From Styela clava (Eukaryota), in assembly GCF_964204865.1 (NCBI RefSeq), contig NC_135250.1, positions 27,776,001-27,840,000 of the forward strand: a DNA stretch of 64,000 bases, in the 5' to 3' direction. The notes under the pieces were generated by a model, which worked only from the letters and a program-made list of their open reading frames with translations, was not told the DNA's origin and made no database searches. The translations under genes and the position numbers were made by a program. Positions 11,641 through 24,360 of this stretch are shown here, one piece after another (the first letter of the stretch is position 1; each line of letters begins with the position of its first letter).

Positions 11641-12259
11641 GTTTTTCTAATATGTCAGTTCCAGTCTCTTGCAACTACACCGAATGACTTTATATATATG
11701 ATTATTTCAGGGTATAGATTTTCAAAACGTAAAACTTTTTCAAAGCGAGAGTTGTTACGTTGCATTCATCAGATTGTAACTCTACTCATTTATTACGTGT
11801 ACAAATGCGATGAATCTTACTTGCCAAATGTAGATACGTAATTGTAAAGTAAGTTCTATGTTTATTAGTAATGTGTGAAATCACTTTCTCGTGTATAGAC
11901 GATCACCTGCAACAGTTTACTAAGGTTTGAAATTATGATCTGACCAATGTAATTCAATGATTGAGATCGAATCTTCCAAACTAAATTTTTAATTAGTAAT
12001 ATCCATCATAAGATCCCAAGCATATTTTGTGGGCTTCTTAGTTTATTTAGAATACTATCCACAAATTATGTATTGGAAATGAAAAAATCAAATGACTAAA
12101 AAAGAGAAAAATGCTGAAATATATGGAAACGAAGGCGAGAAAACGTAAAACAAAATATTTTATCCACAATTTCCCTAAAACTACACTCCGAAAAAAGCTG
12201 GAACTATGGAACGACTGCCGTAAATGGGTCTAGGTATGGTTTAGGACCACAAGTACCTC

Positions 12260-12483
12260 TGGTGGGCGTGGCGTAATAAATTTTGCATATGCCATTCCTT
12301 AGACCCACCTAACCACGTCATCTCAAATTCACGTCAGTACTGCGTGCGCCACAATCACGCAATATAGCTTGCCGAAGCCAGATATCTCTCCCGCATTGAT
12401 GTGATTGTGACGTCGCAGTGACTTTTTTGTATGACGTTGTGAGGTGGGACAGGAATGTAATATGCAGAAATTGCACCGGCACT
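12260..12483. mobile_element. Palindromic MITE-like element between the class C tail and the class B 5' flank
   Basis: Arm ttttgcatat..cattcct..cccacct..acgtcat mirrors atgacgt..aggtggg..aggaatg..atatgcagaaa. Copies at 38636-38858 and 57338-57560. Confidence 0.55.
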
Positions 12484-14871
12484 ATTGACTATTCCAGGTT
12501 CCGAGAATTGCTAGAAATTTGTCGGTTCGTATTCGGATGATCCATCAGGTTGTTGCCATTGCTCATTAGGTATCCCAATTGATCTGGATGAGTAGTCGCC
12601 CCAGAATGATCGTCTAAAATAGGTATTTCGTATCCAGAGGTCGCGGTTTGTATAGCAGATTGTATTTGTTCATTAATGATATTGTTTTCGTAGATGCTTG
12701 GATTATTTTGAAACTTTAGGAAAATTTGCGGTATGCACATCTGGTTTCATTGTTCTTGGGAGTAGAAGCAGTCTTGCGGTTTCGCTGTCTAAATCAAAAT
12801 TCATATATTTTCTAGTATGTTTACATATAGGTTTAATGCCGAATCAAATTTGGGAAGTATGTCTTCGGGTTTACCAAACCCAGGATTGTTCACGTTGGGT
12901 ATAGAATAGTGCACATCCGCTTATAGCTTGTCGGTGTAATTTTACGACGTTTCGAATCTCTATGCAAAAACAACTTAACAATTTGATGTCGAAATCCTAA
13001 GCAAACGAACTCCAGCCCACCAAATCAGCAAATATATCGTTCTGCTAACACCGATTGTGCTCCATACCCCCGACACGAAAAAAGCGGCAATCGTGCGCCA
13101 TGTGTTAAGTAATTTTAACAAGACTTCTTAAAGTAGCCCAGATGCGTCATTATGTCTATTTATTAAATCTGTATCCATATTAAAATCCTAATCTCAGGCA
13201 ATGTCCATACAATTTCATACATTTGAGACAAAAAACGGTTTCAATATCTGACTAGGACCGGTGATGGGAGTATGAGGCCGTGGTTAGTCATATAGTCAAA
13301 AGCTGGCTCCGTGACTTCCCTTTTTCGAGATATAAACATGAAATACCTTGTCTCTCACCTGTCGTATTTATGCCCCCAATGAATCCAAGTCAAATAGGCT
13401 ATTCGAATAGTAAATTGCTGATATTTGGATATTTTGCTAGCACTAATCGGTAACCAGTAAATAATTAATTTTATTTTATTTTATGTTACCGAAATAATCT
13501 TGCGTGTTAGGTAATATGTAAATTCTTTTAAAATCAGCTTGGCTGGTATTAAAGTTTGGTACAAACGTTTCCGGCCCGTATTGAATTTCGTCATGTGGAA
13601 GTGGCCCGTGAAACAAAAAAGGTTGGGCAGGCCTGGTGCAAGGAGTGGCTAGAAGGGTATTTTCTGGAATTTTGTTGAGCTCTGTGGTTGGGCCCGAATT
13701 TGTTATGCTCTGAATATGAAACCTCCGTGTCATCTGAGCTTTGAATTTTAGTTTTTATAGAATCTTATTGTTGATGCAAAAAATATTACAATATATGTAC
13801 TACGGTAACTAAGCCATATTGCCAAGTATTGTAATGGCAAAATCAATAGTGACAAGGCTGTATCATTTTAACAAATTCGACTTCGCTGGTGGCGATATTT
13901 AGGCAACCGTGCTAAAAACGTTATGAAAGTAGGTGAATTAATGATGATAATTTGCCCGATGTTTTGCTGGCTGTTTTTAAAATCAAGCCTGGGTCTTATC
14001 TGATTGCCAAGTCAATTCAGAAAGCCTGTACCATCTTGTTAGTGTGGTTGGCGACTTTTCTTTCTTTCTTCACATTCCCTCTAGGCATGGAATAAAGAAA
14101 ATGGCCTTCTCACTTGATCTCTATAGAATTTGCGTTTGAATGTCGCAGTAATTTGCACGGTATTTTTCTGGCTAGTTTTACTGGCTGGACGTGAGTGATT
14201 TTCATTATATTCCTTCTAGGAATTGTAATGATGTAAATTCCCTTCTAATTTGATATCTATGCAATTTACATTTGAATAACGAATGTTGTAGTAATGAATG
14301 TATTTCCATATTAAAACGTTACACGGAAAAGAGGCTAAGAATACACACAAGAAAAAGAAACATGCACAAGCATTGTGCAAGTCAACGAAATGTTCATATC
14401 TATACTTGAAAAACAGTTCTTTTGGAGTGGCTGCATTTGTTGCTTTAGCTTCTTATTCGAAAGAAAAATCTGCCAAATCTTCGTCTGCAGAATCAGATAG
14501 GAATCCTGTGTATATAAACGTCAATCATGAGATACATGTTCTACATTGTCTGTCTTTAGCTATCTCCGGCTAGATGAATATATAGATGTGTATATTTATT
14601 CACGATATTAACATTTCTAAGTTTATTTTCCTATGCGTTTTCGCTTCAAGATCTATCGGGATGTGCACTCGTTACTTCGAGGTTTCAACTCCAGATTACC
14701 ACGTTCCACTGGCTCAATCTCCAATCTAAAATGATTTATTTTTGCGGATTAGTCGTCTGAAAGCATTGTTTCAATTTAATTCAAATATTAGGCATCTTAT
14801 TAAATAAATCTGTACCGACCTGGACTCCGACATCCAGGATTCCAAAATGCCTCAATGGAGCATAGATAAAT

Positions 14872-14983
14872 GGCGCTCCCGTAGTACGTGTACCAAGATG
14901 GCACACAACCCGATAAACCTAACCTGGTACACATACTATGTTCAGGTTGTGCGCCATTTTGGTACACATACTACGGGAGCAAC
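14872..14983. mobile_element. Short MITE related to the 7565-7805 family
   Basis: Inverted ends gctcccgtagtacgtgtaccaagatggcacacaacc ... ggttgtgcgccattttggtacacatactacgggagc. Confidence 0.75.
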
Positions 14984-15639
14984 AAGTAAATATAGCATTA
15001 ACACACGTATAAAACCAGCTAGCAACTGTAGATTCGGCTTCCCAATTTCTGGTCAATAGGAAAATTGTAATTTCCTTGAGCGCTGTCAATTGACAAATTT
15101 AGCGGGTTGTTCTTACCCTTTACATTCCCTTTCCTTGGATGGTAATAGGTTTTCTTCACATCCCCTTCCACTGAACGGAAATAGTTTGTCTTCACACCCC
15201 ATTCCATTGGACTGTAATAGGTTGTTCTGAAAAATAAAATCGCTTTGAAATACAGATATCGCTCATTGTAGAACACACAAGTCTGTGGTGAGCAGTGCCG
15301 GATATACCCTTAGCCTAGGTGCCCGTCCTCTAAATTGTAATGGCTTCAGAATGAAGCCTGTTTAAAATGTTACAAAACTGATATTTGTTTATTGTTTTAG
15401 CCAGGTTAATATTCCTTGTCCCAAATTAGGTTAAAATAGTTTAAAACAAACATACGGTCGAATGAATAAATTTGTTTAATTCTGAGAATCGCTACCTTTT
15501 TAATCGTTATTTTAAAATTTAAAATGACATTTCACCGTAATAATGCCTTTTTTTGAAAAGATAATAAAAATACCTCGACTAAAACCAATTTAAAAATTAG
15601 TATATTTATTACTATTTCGTATCGGTATACACGCTCGGC

Positions 15640-15835
15640 AGCATACACCTGCTTGGTTTCGCTTGTTCAAATCCCTCGGGAGATAATTATGTGAGAGAGG
15701 ATTCATGAACTCCTTGCTGCCGCAGGAGGCCATCGCCAACAAGTACATGCATATGGAACAAATAACTGGCTAATTAATGGGATTAATCGAGATCCGGACA
15801 AGAACTGGTAACGGGGCGAGTTCGCCATATGATTA
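15640..15835 (+). mobile_element. tRNA-derived SINE-like element in class C intron 1
   Basis: Degenerate B-box gttcaaatccc; body homologous to 170-375. Confidence 0.45.
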
Positions 15836-17389
15836 TCTTCAACCTGGGGTTAAATATGTAAAATCCTAACCTATCCAATTTTTGATAATCCACTGAACAT
15901 TTTATGTATCGATAATTGGTCCATGCGCGCCTTCTATTGTGACTATGAACAGGTCCTATGAGTAAGGGATTTCTGTTGGTCTGGTGATGTTTTATCACAG
16001 TCTTAATTTCTTAGTTTTTTTCAATTCAACGTACTATCAAATCCACACGTACTATCTTGTCTGCAACTAAAATTTCGTATTTCGCGCTGGTCAATATTAA
16101 AATTATGACGTCATATCACCAGAGGTTGTTTTGACTTCATTATCGCTTGAAGTACAAAGAGTAATGCATGTTTTGCATTACAGTTTAACAATTACAGAAG
16201 CTTTCAGTCGTTACCAACACAATTTAGGAAAGACATCAATGGAATCGGGAAAAATAATAAAACTGTCCTAATTTGAATACTGTCTTCATAACCCTGATGG
16301 CATATTCACCTACCTATACCATGAAGTTGATGTTTGGATTAGAAGTCCAACAATGAAAATGAATAAAATCATTCCAGGCATTATGTAGCTTATGATCTAG
16401 TTAACAAAGAAATCCGCAGCTGAATTATCTCCACTTTTATAAGCTAATCTTACAGTACTAAACAACGACATGCAAAAATACACTAGTTTTACTAGTGCTT
16501 TAACTTCATAATTTTATTCAACCTAATCGAATTTTAAAATGGGGACCGAACCGAATCGAGTTTTTTTCTTATATGTTCTGGTTTCATTGCCTAAATATGG
16601 TGTTATTGTCAGCTCGGTCGGCTCAACGTGTCCCTAAAAAATCACAGTCCCACCAAGGTTGTAATATATTCAGTAGCATATGCTTGACAAAAAATTCCGG
16701 AATTTCCAAAACATAGCAGATCGCTGCGTATTACAAGCAAGATGGAAAATACCATCGGTAATTTAGGTGTCTTGATGATGATAGTCATTTTCCAATTACA
16801 TATGGGCGCTGTTTGAGCGCGTCTCCGTCCTATTTGCAGATAATTTGTGGGCATTTTTACACTATTTTCAACAGAATATTTTTAAAAGACAAAAAATTTG
16901 GTGTGGATTGAATGAAATTCCAGCAATGCTATCGACATATGTTTTTGTCGCAATTTAACAAGGGTAGCATGCAGTATAATGAAGGGGAACAACAACAACA
17001 ACGGTATTTCCAAATCATAACAGCTTGCTCCGCCAATGATAATTTAGGTGACTTGATGATGATAAACTATCTTCCACTGACATATGGGCGCTGTTTGAGC
17101 GCTGATTCAAAGCAAGATGGGAAATTTAAAGGCAAATAAGAGGTCTTGATGATGATAAACCATTTTCCATTAACATATGGGCGCCGGTTGATCGCGCCTT
17201 CGTCGTATTTGCACGTAATCTGTAAGCATTTATTCTCAATTTTTATTTGAATATAGTAATTAATGGATCAAAATTTGGTGTGGATTGAATATGCTATCGT
17301 CATATAATTTTTTCGCTATTTAAAAGCAACAAGGATGCAGTTTAATAAAGGGGCACAACAACAACGTATCATCAACGTATCTGCTAGCA

Positions 17390-20300
17390 AAGGTATTTTT
17401 GGGTGTCTTGATGTCTGATAAAGCATTTTCCACTGACATATGGGCGCTGATTCGAAGCAAGGTGGAAAATATCAATGGTATTTTTGGGTGTCTTGATGTC
17501 TGATAAAGAATTTTCAACTGACATATGGGCGTTGATTCGAAGCAAGGTGGAAAATAACAATGGTATTTTTGGGTCTCTTAATGATGATAAAGCATTTTCA
17601 ACTGACATATGGGGGTTGATTCGAAGCAAGGTGGAAAATATCAATGGTGTTTTTGGGTGTCTTGATGTCTGATAAAGAATTTTCAACTGACATATGGGCG
17701 TTGATTCGAAGCAAGGTGGAAAATAACAATGGTATTTTTGGGTGTCTTAATGATGATAAAGCATTTTCAACTGACATATGGGCGTTGATTCGGAGCAAGG
17801 TGGAAAATATCAATGGTATTTTTGGGTGTCTTGATGTCTGATAAAGCATTTTCCACTAACATATAGGCGTTGATTCGAAGCAAGATGGAAAATAACAATG
17901 GTATTTTTGGGTGTCTTAATGATGATAAAGCATTTTCAACTGACATATGGGCGTTGATTCGAAGCAAGGTGGAAAATAACAATGGTTTTTTTGGGTGTCT
18001 TAATGATGATAAAGCATTTTCAACTGACATATAGGCGTTGATTCGAAGCAAGATGGAAAATAACAATGGTATTTTTGGGTGTCTTAATGATGATAAAGCA
18101 TTTTCAACTGACATATGGGCGTTGATTCGAAGCAAGGTGGAAAATAACAATGGTATTTTTGGGTGTCTTAATGATGATAAAGCATTTTCAACTGACATAT
18201 GGGCGTTGATTCGAAGCAAGATGGAAAATAACAATGGTATTTTTGGGTGTCTTAATGATGATAAAGCATTTTCAACTGACATATGGGCGTTGATTCGAAG
18301 CAAGGTGGAAAATAACAATGGTTTTTTTGGGTGTCTTAATGATGATAAAGCATTTTCAACTGACATATGGGCGTTGATTCGAAGCAAGGTGGAAAATAAC
18401 AATGGTATTTTTGGGTGTCTTAATGATGATAAAGCATTTTCAACTGAAATATGGGCGCTGATTCGAAGCAAGGTGGAAAATATCAATGGTATTTTTGGGT
18501 GTCTTGATGTCTGATAAAGCATTTTCCACTGACATATGGGCGTTGATTCGAAGCAAGGTGGAAAATAACAATGGTATTTTTGGGTCTCTTAATGATGATA
18601 AAGCATTTTCAACTGACATATGGGGGTTGATTCGAAGCAAGATGGAAAATATCAATGGTATTTTTGGGTGTCTTGATGTCTGATAAAGAATTTTCAACTG
18701 ACATATGGGCGTTGATTCGAAGCAAGGTGGAAAATAACAATGGTATTTTTGGGTGTCTTAATGATGATGAAGAATTTTCAACTGACATATGGGCGTTGAT
18801 TCGAAGTAAGGTGGAAAATATCAATGGTATTTTTGGGTGTCTTGATGTCTGATAAAGCATTTTCCACTAACATATAGGCGTTGATTCGAAGCAAGGTGGA
18901 AAATAACAATGGTATTTTTGGATGTTTTAATGATGATAAAGCATTTTCAACTGACATATGGGCGTTGATTCGAAGCAAGGTGGAAAATAACAATGGTATT
19001 TTTGGGTGTCTTAATGATGATAAAGCATTTTCAACTGACATATGGGCGTTGATTCGAAGCAAGGTGGAAAATATCAATGGTATTTTTGGGTGTCTTAATG
19101 ATGATAAAGCATTTTCAACTGAAATATGGGCGCTGATTCGAAGCAAGGTGGAAAACATCAATGTTATTTTTGGGTGTCTTAATGATGATAAAGCATTTTC
19201 CACTGACATATGGGCGTTGATTCGAAGCAAGGTGGAAAATAACAATGGTTTTTTTGGGTGTCTTAATGATGATAAAGCATTTTCAACTGACATATGGGCG
19301 CTGATTCGAAGCAAGGTGGAAAATAACAATGGTATTTTTGGGTGTCTTAATGATGATAAAGCATTTTCAACTGACATATGGGCGCTGATTCGAAGCAAGG
19401 TGGGAAATATCAATGGTATTTTTGGGTGTCTTGATGTCTGATAAAGCCTATTCCACTGACATATGGGCGCTGATTCGAAGCAAGGTGGGAAATATCAATG
19501 GTATTTTTGGGTGTCTTGATGTCTGATAAAGCATTTTCCACTGACATATGGGCGCTGATTCGAAGCAAGGTGGGAAATATCAATGGTATTTTTGGGTGTC
19601 TTGATGTCTGATAAAGCCTTTTCCACTGGCATATGGGCGCTGATTCGAAGCAAGGTGGGAAATATCAATGGTATTTTTGGGTGTCTTGATGTCTGATAAA
19701 GCCTTTTCCACTGACATATTGACGCTGATTCGAAGCAAGGAGGGAAATATCAATGGTATTTTTGGGTTATGGGTGTCTTGATGTCTGATAAAGCCTTTTC
19801 CATTGACAACTGGGCGCTGATTCGAAGCAAGATGGGAAATATCAATGGTATTTTTGGGTGTCTTGATGTCTGATAAAGCCTATTCCACTGACATATGGGC
19901 GCTGATTCGAATCAAGGTGGGAAATATCAATGGTATTTTTGGGTGTCTTGATGTCTGATAAAGCATTTTCCACTGACATATGGGCGCTGATTCGAATCAA
20001 GGTGGGAAATATCAATGGTTTTTTTGGGTGTCTTGATGTCTGATAAAGCATTTTACACTGACATATTGGCGCTGATTCGAAGCAAGGTGGGAAACACAAT
20101 GGTATTTTTGGGTGACTTGATGTCTGATAAAGCCTTTTCCACTGATATATGGGCGCTGATTCGAAGCAAGGAGGGAAATATCAATGGTATTTTTGGGTTT
20201 TGGGTGTCTTGATGTTTGATAAAGCCTTTTCCATTGACATATGGTCGCTGATTCGAAGCAAGGTGGGAAATATCAATGGTATTTTTGGGTGTCTTGATGT

Positions 20301-20420
20301 CTGATAAAGCATTTTCCACTGATATATGGGCGTTGATTCGAAGCAAGGTGGAAAATAACAATGGTATTTTGGCTGTCTTAATGACGATAAAACACTTTCA
20401 ACTGACATATGGGCGCCTGT
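17390..20420. repeat. 84/85-bp tandem satellite array, about 36 units
   Basis: Monomer ctgacatatgggcgttgattcgaagcaaggtggaaaataacaatggtatttttgggtgtcttaatgatgataaagcattttcaa (84 bp) plus an 85-bp variant with cttgatgtctgataaag. Units are head-to-tail with no unique spacers. Diverged monomers also occur at ~16735-17185. Confidence 0.95.
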
Positions 20421-21452
20421 TGATCGCGTCATCGTCGTATTTGTAAGCATTTTTACTCCATTTTTTATTAGAATATTTTCGATAGAATATAATTTGGATG
20501 CAATATTCTACGGGCATTGCTTACAATATGTTTTTTTTTTCTATTTAACAACAAGAGTGGCACGCAATATAATGAAGAGTTACAACAGCACATATTCTTC
20601 AATAAAATACGATAATCACAAAAGAGCTTCACCCACAAACAGTTCAAATTTGAATATTTGTTAACCAGCCATTATATGATTAATCAGTCACTTGAGCAAA
20701 TATGATGAATCATGCTGTTCATTCACTTTGTGATTATAACATATTTCTGCGTCACAGTTTGCGTTAATAAGTGATTGTACAAGAATTATTCTGAAAATTG
20801 GAATCATTCCCAGAATAAGTTTCTTTAAAGGTTCATATGGAAACCAATCCTTGAGCAAAATCAAACTCATTTATGCGTCACTTACATGCAAATATAATAT
20901 ACAAATATAAGTACAAATAATAAGCAAATATAAGTACAAATTAAAGCCTTACTATGTATAAAAAATATTTAGGAAAAAAATAGTGTTACATTCAAAAGTT
21001 TTTGAAAATTTAGTTCGAAAAGATTTTGTGAAATATAAAAAACGCGTATACATCGGTTGGGCTAAATATTAAGAGGCGCGCTTTTCGTTTTCCGTAGTTG
21101 TATTGTTAAATTCAAGTGTTTTTGAGATATAATAAATGCTATTGAATGATAAATAACAGTATATATAAGTCACTTATATAACACGTGAAAAGAAAACCTA
21201 GATATATGTACAAAAGTGTTCAAAGAAAGAAAAAACAATTGGATAAAAGAAAACAGTGTAACAGATCAAAGTCTTCATCATTTTGTGTATTGATAAAGTT
21301 TGCTGTTACGCTAGTAACACTATATATTAGAAGCACGTTTTGTGTTGTCCAAATTAATAATCAAATCTGAGTGTTTTGAGATTAAATGAATGCATCTACA
21401 TATTGTAAAGCACGTTGTTTACCATTTCTTTCTCCGACTCGGCGTTTTTTTA

Positions 21453-24360
21453 TTAAGTTTTTGTGTTTTTGTTGACGACACTATACATAGCTTCAATGTT
21501 TTCGGGGTTGTTAGCGTCTTGTGCCTCTTCTTTCCTTTGCTGGACTTTGTTCTCTTGCTTAATTTCGTTCTCTTGTTGAACTTTGTTCTCTTGCTGCACT
21601 TCGTTATCTTGCTGCGCTGCCATCTCTTGCTGCGGTTCAGATTCCAGAGACATTTTCGAGGTTGTAGACAATAATTGACGATAGTGTGTCAGTTTGCGAT
21701 AAAATCTAAAACACATATGGCAGAGATAACAAGAGCTAAAAAAAATAAGAACAAGTTGTACTACTGTTTAGACTATCGTTGATATCAATCTTTTGCTTGA
21801 AATTGGTTCAGGAGTCTTTTATACTCACACACTTGAAATTTATCTTGTATGATTGATATGAACTGAGCTATACTTCCTACAATTTATAAATAGTTCTTCG
21901 CCAAGTTATTACAATTTTTCCAAAGAAGTTAGCGCTATTTGTAAAATTTGAGGCTAGAACCATACAGAATTAAAAACAAATCGAATGACGGCACTGTAAT
22001 TTTTTATGCAAATTACCTCAATGTTAGGATGATTATAATGAGTACACCTAAACAAAGCAAGACTGCCAAAAAAATAATCAAAGTTGGTATATCTTTTGTT
22101 TTACAATATCCATCATGACCGTTGAGTGTTTCTATATCTTCTTTATCCGTAGCCAGTGGAATTAAGGTTTTGTCATTTTGTGTATTGTTCATCAAATAAC
22201 CAGGTTGAGTAGCAGTCGATCCATTCTCTGAATTTGTTGTGTGATAGTTAGATGTGATGGGTACACTATTCCTTGCTGTAGTTTGTTTAGGTTATACAAA
22301 TAGGTACAGTTCAGTTTTTTTTATTGGTGGAATCTCTTTTTAAATTCAAGTATGTGCATATATCAAAAATCGCCTCTCAATTAAAAATATTTATAAGAAA
22401 TTATGGTATTAAATATTTGAAAATTTTCATTTGAAAAGCGCGTTTGTTTCGTATTCGATAAACGAAAATTACATTCCCTAAGAGATTATTAACTAGTTGA
22501 GTATGCCAATGTATTGTATATTTAAAATAATGTATATACTGTACTATTCTACAGAATTGGCACATTATAATATTGTTGCAGCTCAGCAAGTATACAAATT
22601 ACTTCTTTATGTAATATATGTTCACAGTTTTTACAGTAATATTATTATTTTTTTCAGATTACTGCAGAATGCAATGCGAAGAACTCAAGTTGAAAGAGAC
22701 TAATTAGATTCGATTATAACTAATTTGTTGCTTTTACCTGTGTTGTTTAATATCACGTATATTGACAGGATGTAGAAATGTTGATATTCAGAAGAGTAAC
22801 CAGCCCCTGTCTTAAATGTCAAATTAATTGGAAAAATATTATCTCGAATGATATGATGGTGTATTCCATTACATCCGTAAGTAATAGATTCATCAGATAC
22901 AGTTTTTGAGGCAAAAAGAAGACAGTCGTTGAGTTTGGAATCACACTGTTCTGTATCAACTAATCCAGCTGAAACATAATGAAATTGGTGCCTTTACATG
23001 ATAATACCTGCTATAATTTACCATATACGACACTAATCGGGTATCGGGTCCTAATTTAACATATTATATCCGATATATTGGTTACCTACGTAGAGATCTC
23101 AACAAAAAAACAGCATATCCCAAGCATCTTTCGTTTTAATAAACAAATAAAGTGAAACATTCTATTAATGTTTATATGTTGAATGGTGGGAACATTATCG
23201 CTTGTACCTTTCAGAGAAATTATTTATTTTTTGCAAAATTTGAAATACATAACTAAGACTAACACATTTGTAATTCCTGATTAACGCAACAGGAGATCAT
23301 AAAGACAACTATTAAACTATTAAAACTAGATAAGTAGTGCATTTATGCGACGTATAACACATAAACCTGTTTCGAGAGAAATAGCTACATGATGAAATAA
23401 AATTACTAAGACACAAAATAATCGAAACAAGCCTTGAAGGCAGATACAAAACTATATTTTTATAATAAATAAAAGTTGTTCAATTGTTACAAATAAACAC
23501 GAAAATGTTTTCACTTTGATTACCAGTAATTTTCAGAGATCCAATGCACTGACTGTTTTGATTGAGATTATTTTTAGTAATATTAATTAACAAGACGCTG
23601 TTAATAGATGTGCAACTATCGGTATTAAATTCCCAAATATTGTGAATATCTCCTATTCTCCTGAAAAATACAATTTAAAAATGAATTTAGCCTATATTTT
23701 ACATCATTCTGTTGAATATTATTTATGTTTAAATTATATTTTATTGGATTGGATGCTTTATTTGCATCAATTTTTATCAAAACCTAATAAAAAACATAGA
23801 TAAACGTTTTACTTTACACTTGTGCCTTGTTTAGGTGTAGAACATAAATCAATGTTTATCCGGTTCTGACCAATAGATTGGTGAAGTTTTGCTGTCACTA
23901 TCTGTGAACAAAAAAGAATATTAGTTGCGTTGAATATTTTTCCTTAGAACCGACAAGTCATAAATCCGCTCTAACGGTTTGAGTTTCAAATACGCGATAA
24001 TATTATTAAGTATACGTGCTGTACAGTTATATGTACTGCAAATGTCAATTATCTCACTTATTCCTAATTAGTTACGTACTTTTTTAAAAAAAAGTCAAGT
24101 TATAAAACGTTGAAGTCCCGAATTTCTAGAAGAATCCAACTCTCCATGGTTTTCTAGAATTCCTATTACTCGCCCATTACTATTTTTGAATTATTCAAAT
24201 TTAAAAGAGGTATTTTAACTCAACAAATTCATTCCCTATATACGTAGTGATGTAAACAACACGTATCCACTTATATGCATTTTGAGAGTCACTGATGAAA
24301 AATGATACGAACAAATAATTACTTACCTATAAGTAACAATATCAGCGCAAAGCTATGCAT
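21453..24360 (-). CDS. Class A receptor A2 (tail truncated; exon 5 acceptor mutated; possibly a pseudogene)
   Basis: Exons 24360-24327, 23897-23813, 23660-23524, 22968-22738, 22275(or 22293)-22017, 21705-21453. The canonical acceptor at 22294-22295 reads AT; an in-frame CAG lies 18 nt downstream. TAA TAA after YSVVNKNTKT removes the NVLY motif. Confidence 0.6.

Larger units (their letters stand above)
12489..16381 (-). pseudogene. Class C decayed receptor paralog C1
   Basis: Intact signal exon 16381-16314 (MPGMILFIFIVGLLIQTSTSWY) and open exon 15226-15117. A frameshifted exon-3-like remnant lies at ~14640-14725. An exon-like piece at ~14420-14505 contains TAA. A hydrophobic TM-like stretch lies at ~13748-13830. 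A B-like tail remnant at 12489-12787 (IYENN, GYEIP) is frameshifted. Confidence 0.55.

Noticed and set aside
16698-16708. NF-kB-like site GGAATTTCC upstream of class C exon 1
   Set aside because: Imperfect match and altered in the other three paralogous copies.
17390-20420. CRISPR array
   Set aside because: Monomers are contiguous with no unique spacers, there are no cas genes, and the context is intron-containing eukaryotic DNA.
17320-20450. Long ORFs with 28-aa repeats on both strands (also 1349-1795, 43790-44703, 61683-62019)
   Set aside because: By-product of the 84-bp monomer being stop-free in some frames. The frames break at every 85-bp monomer and no splice or start context is evident.
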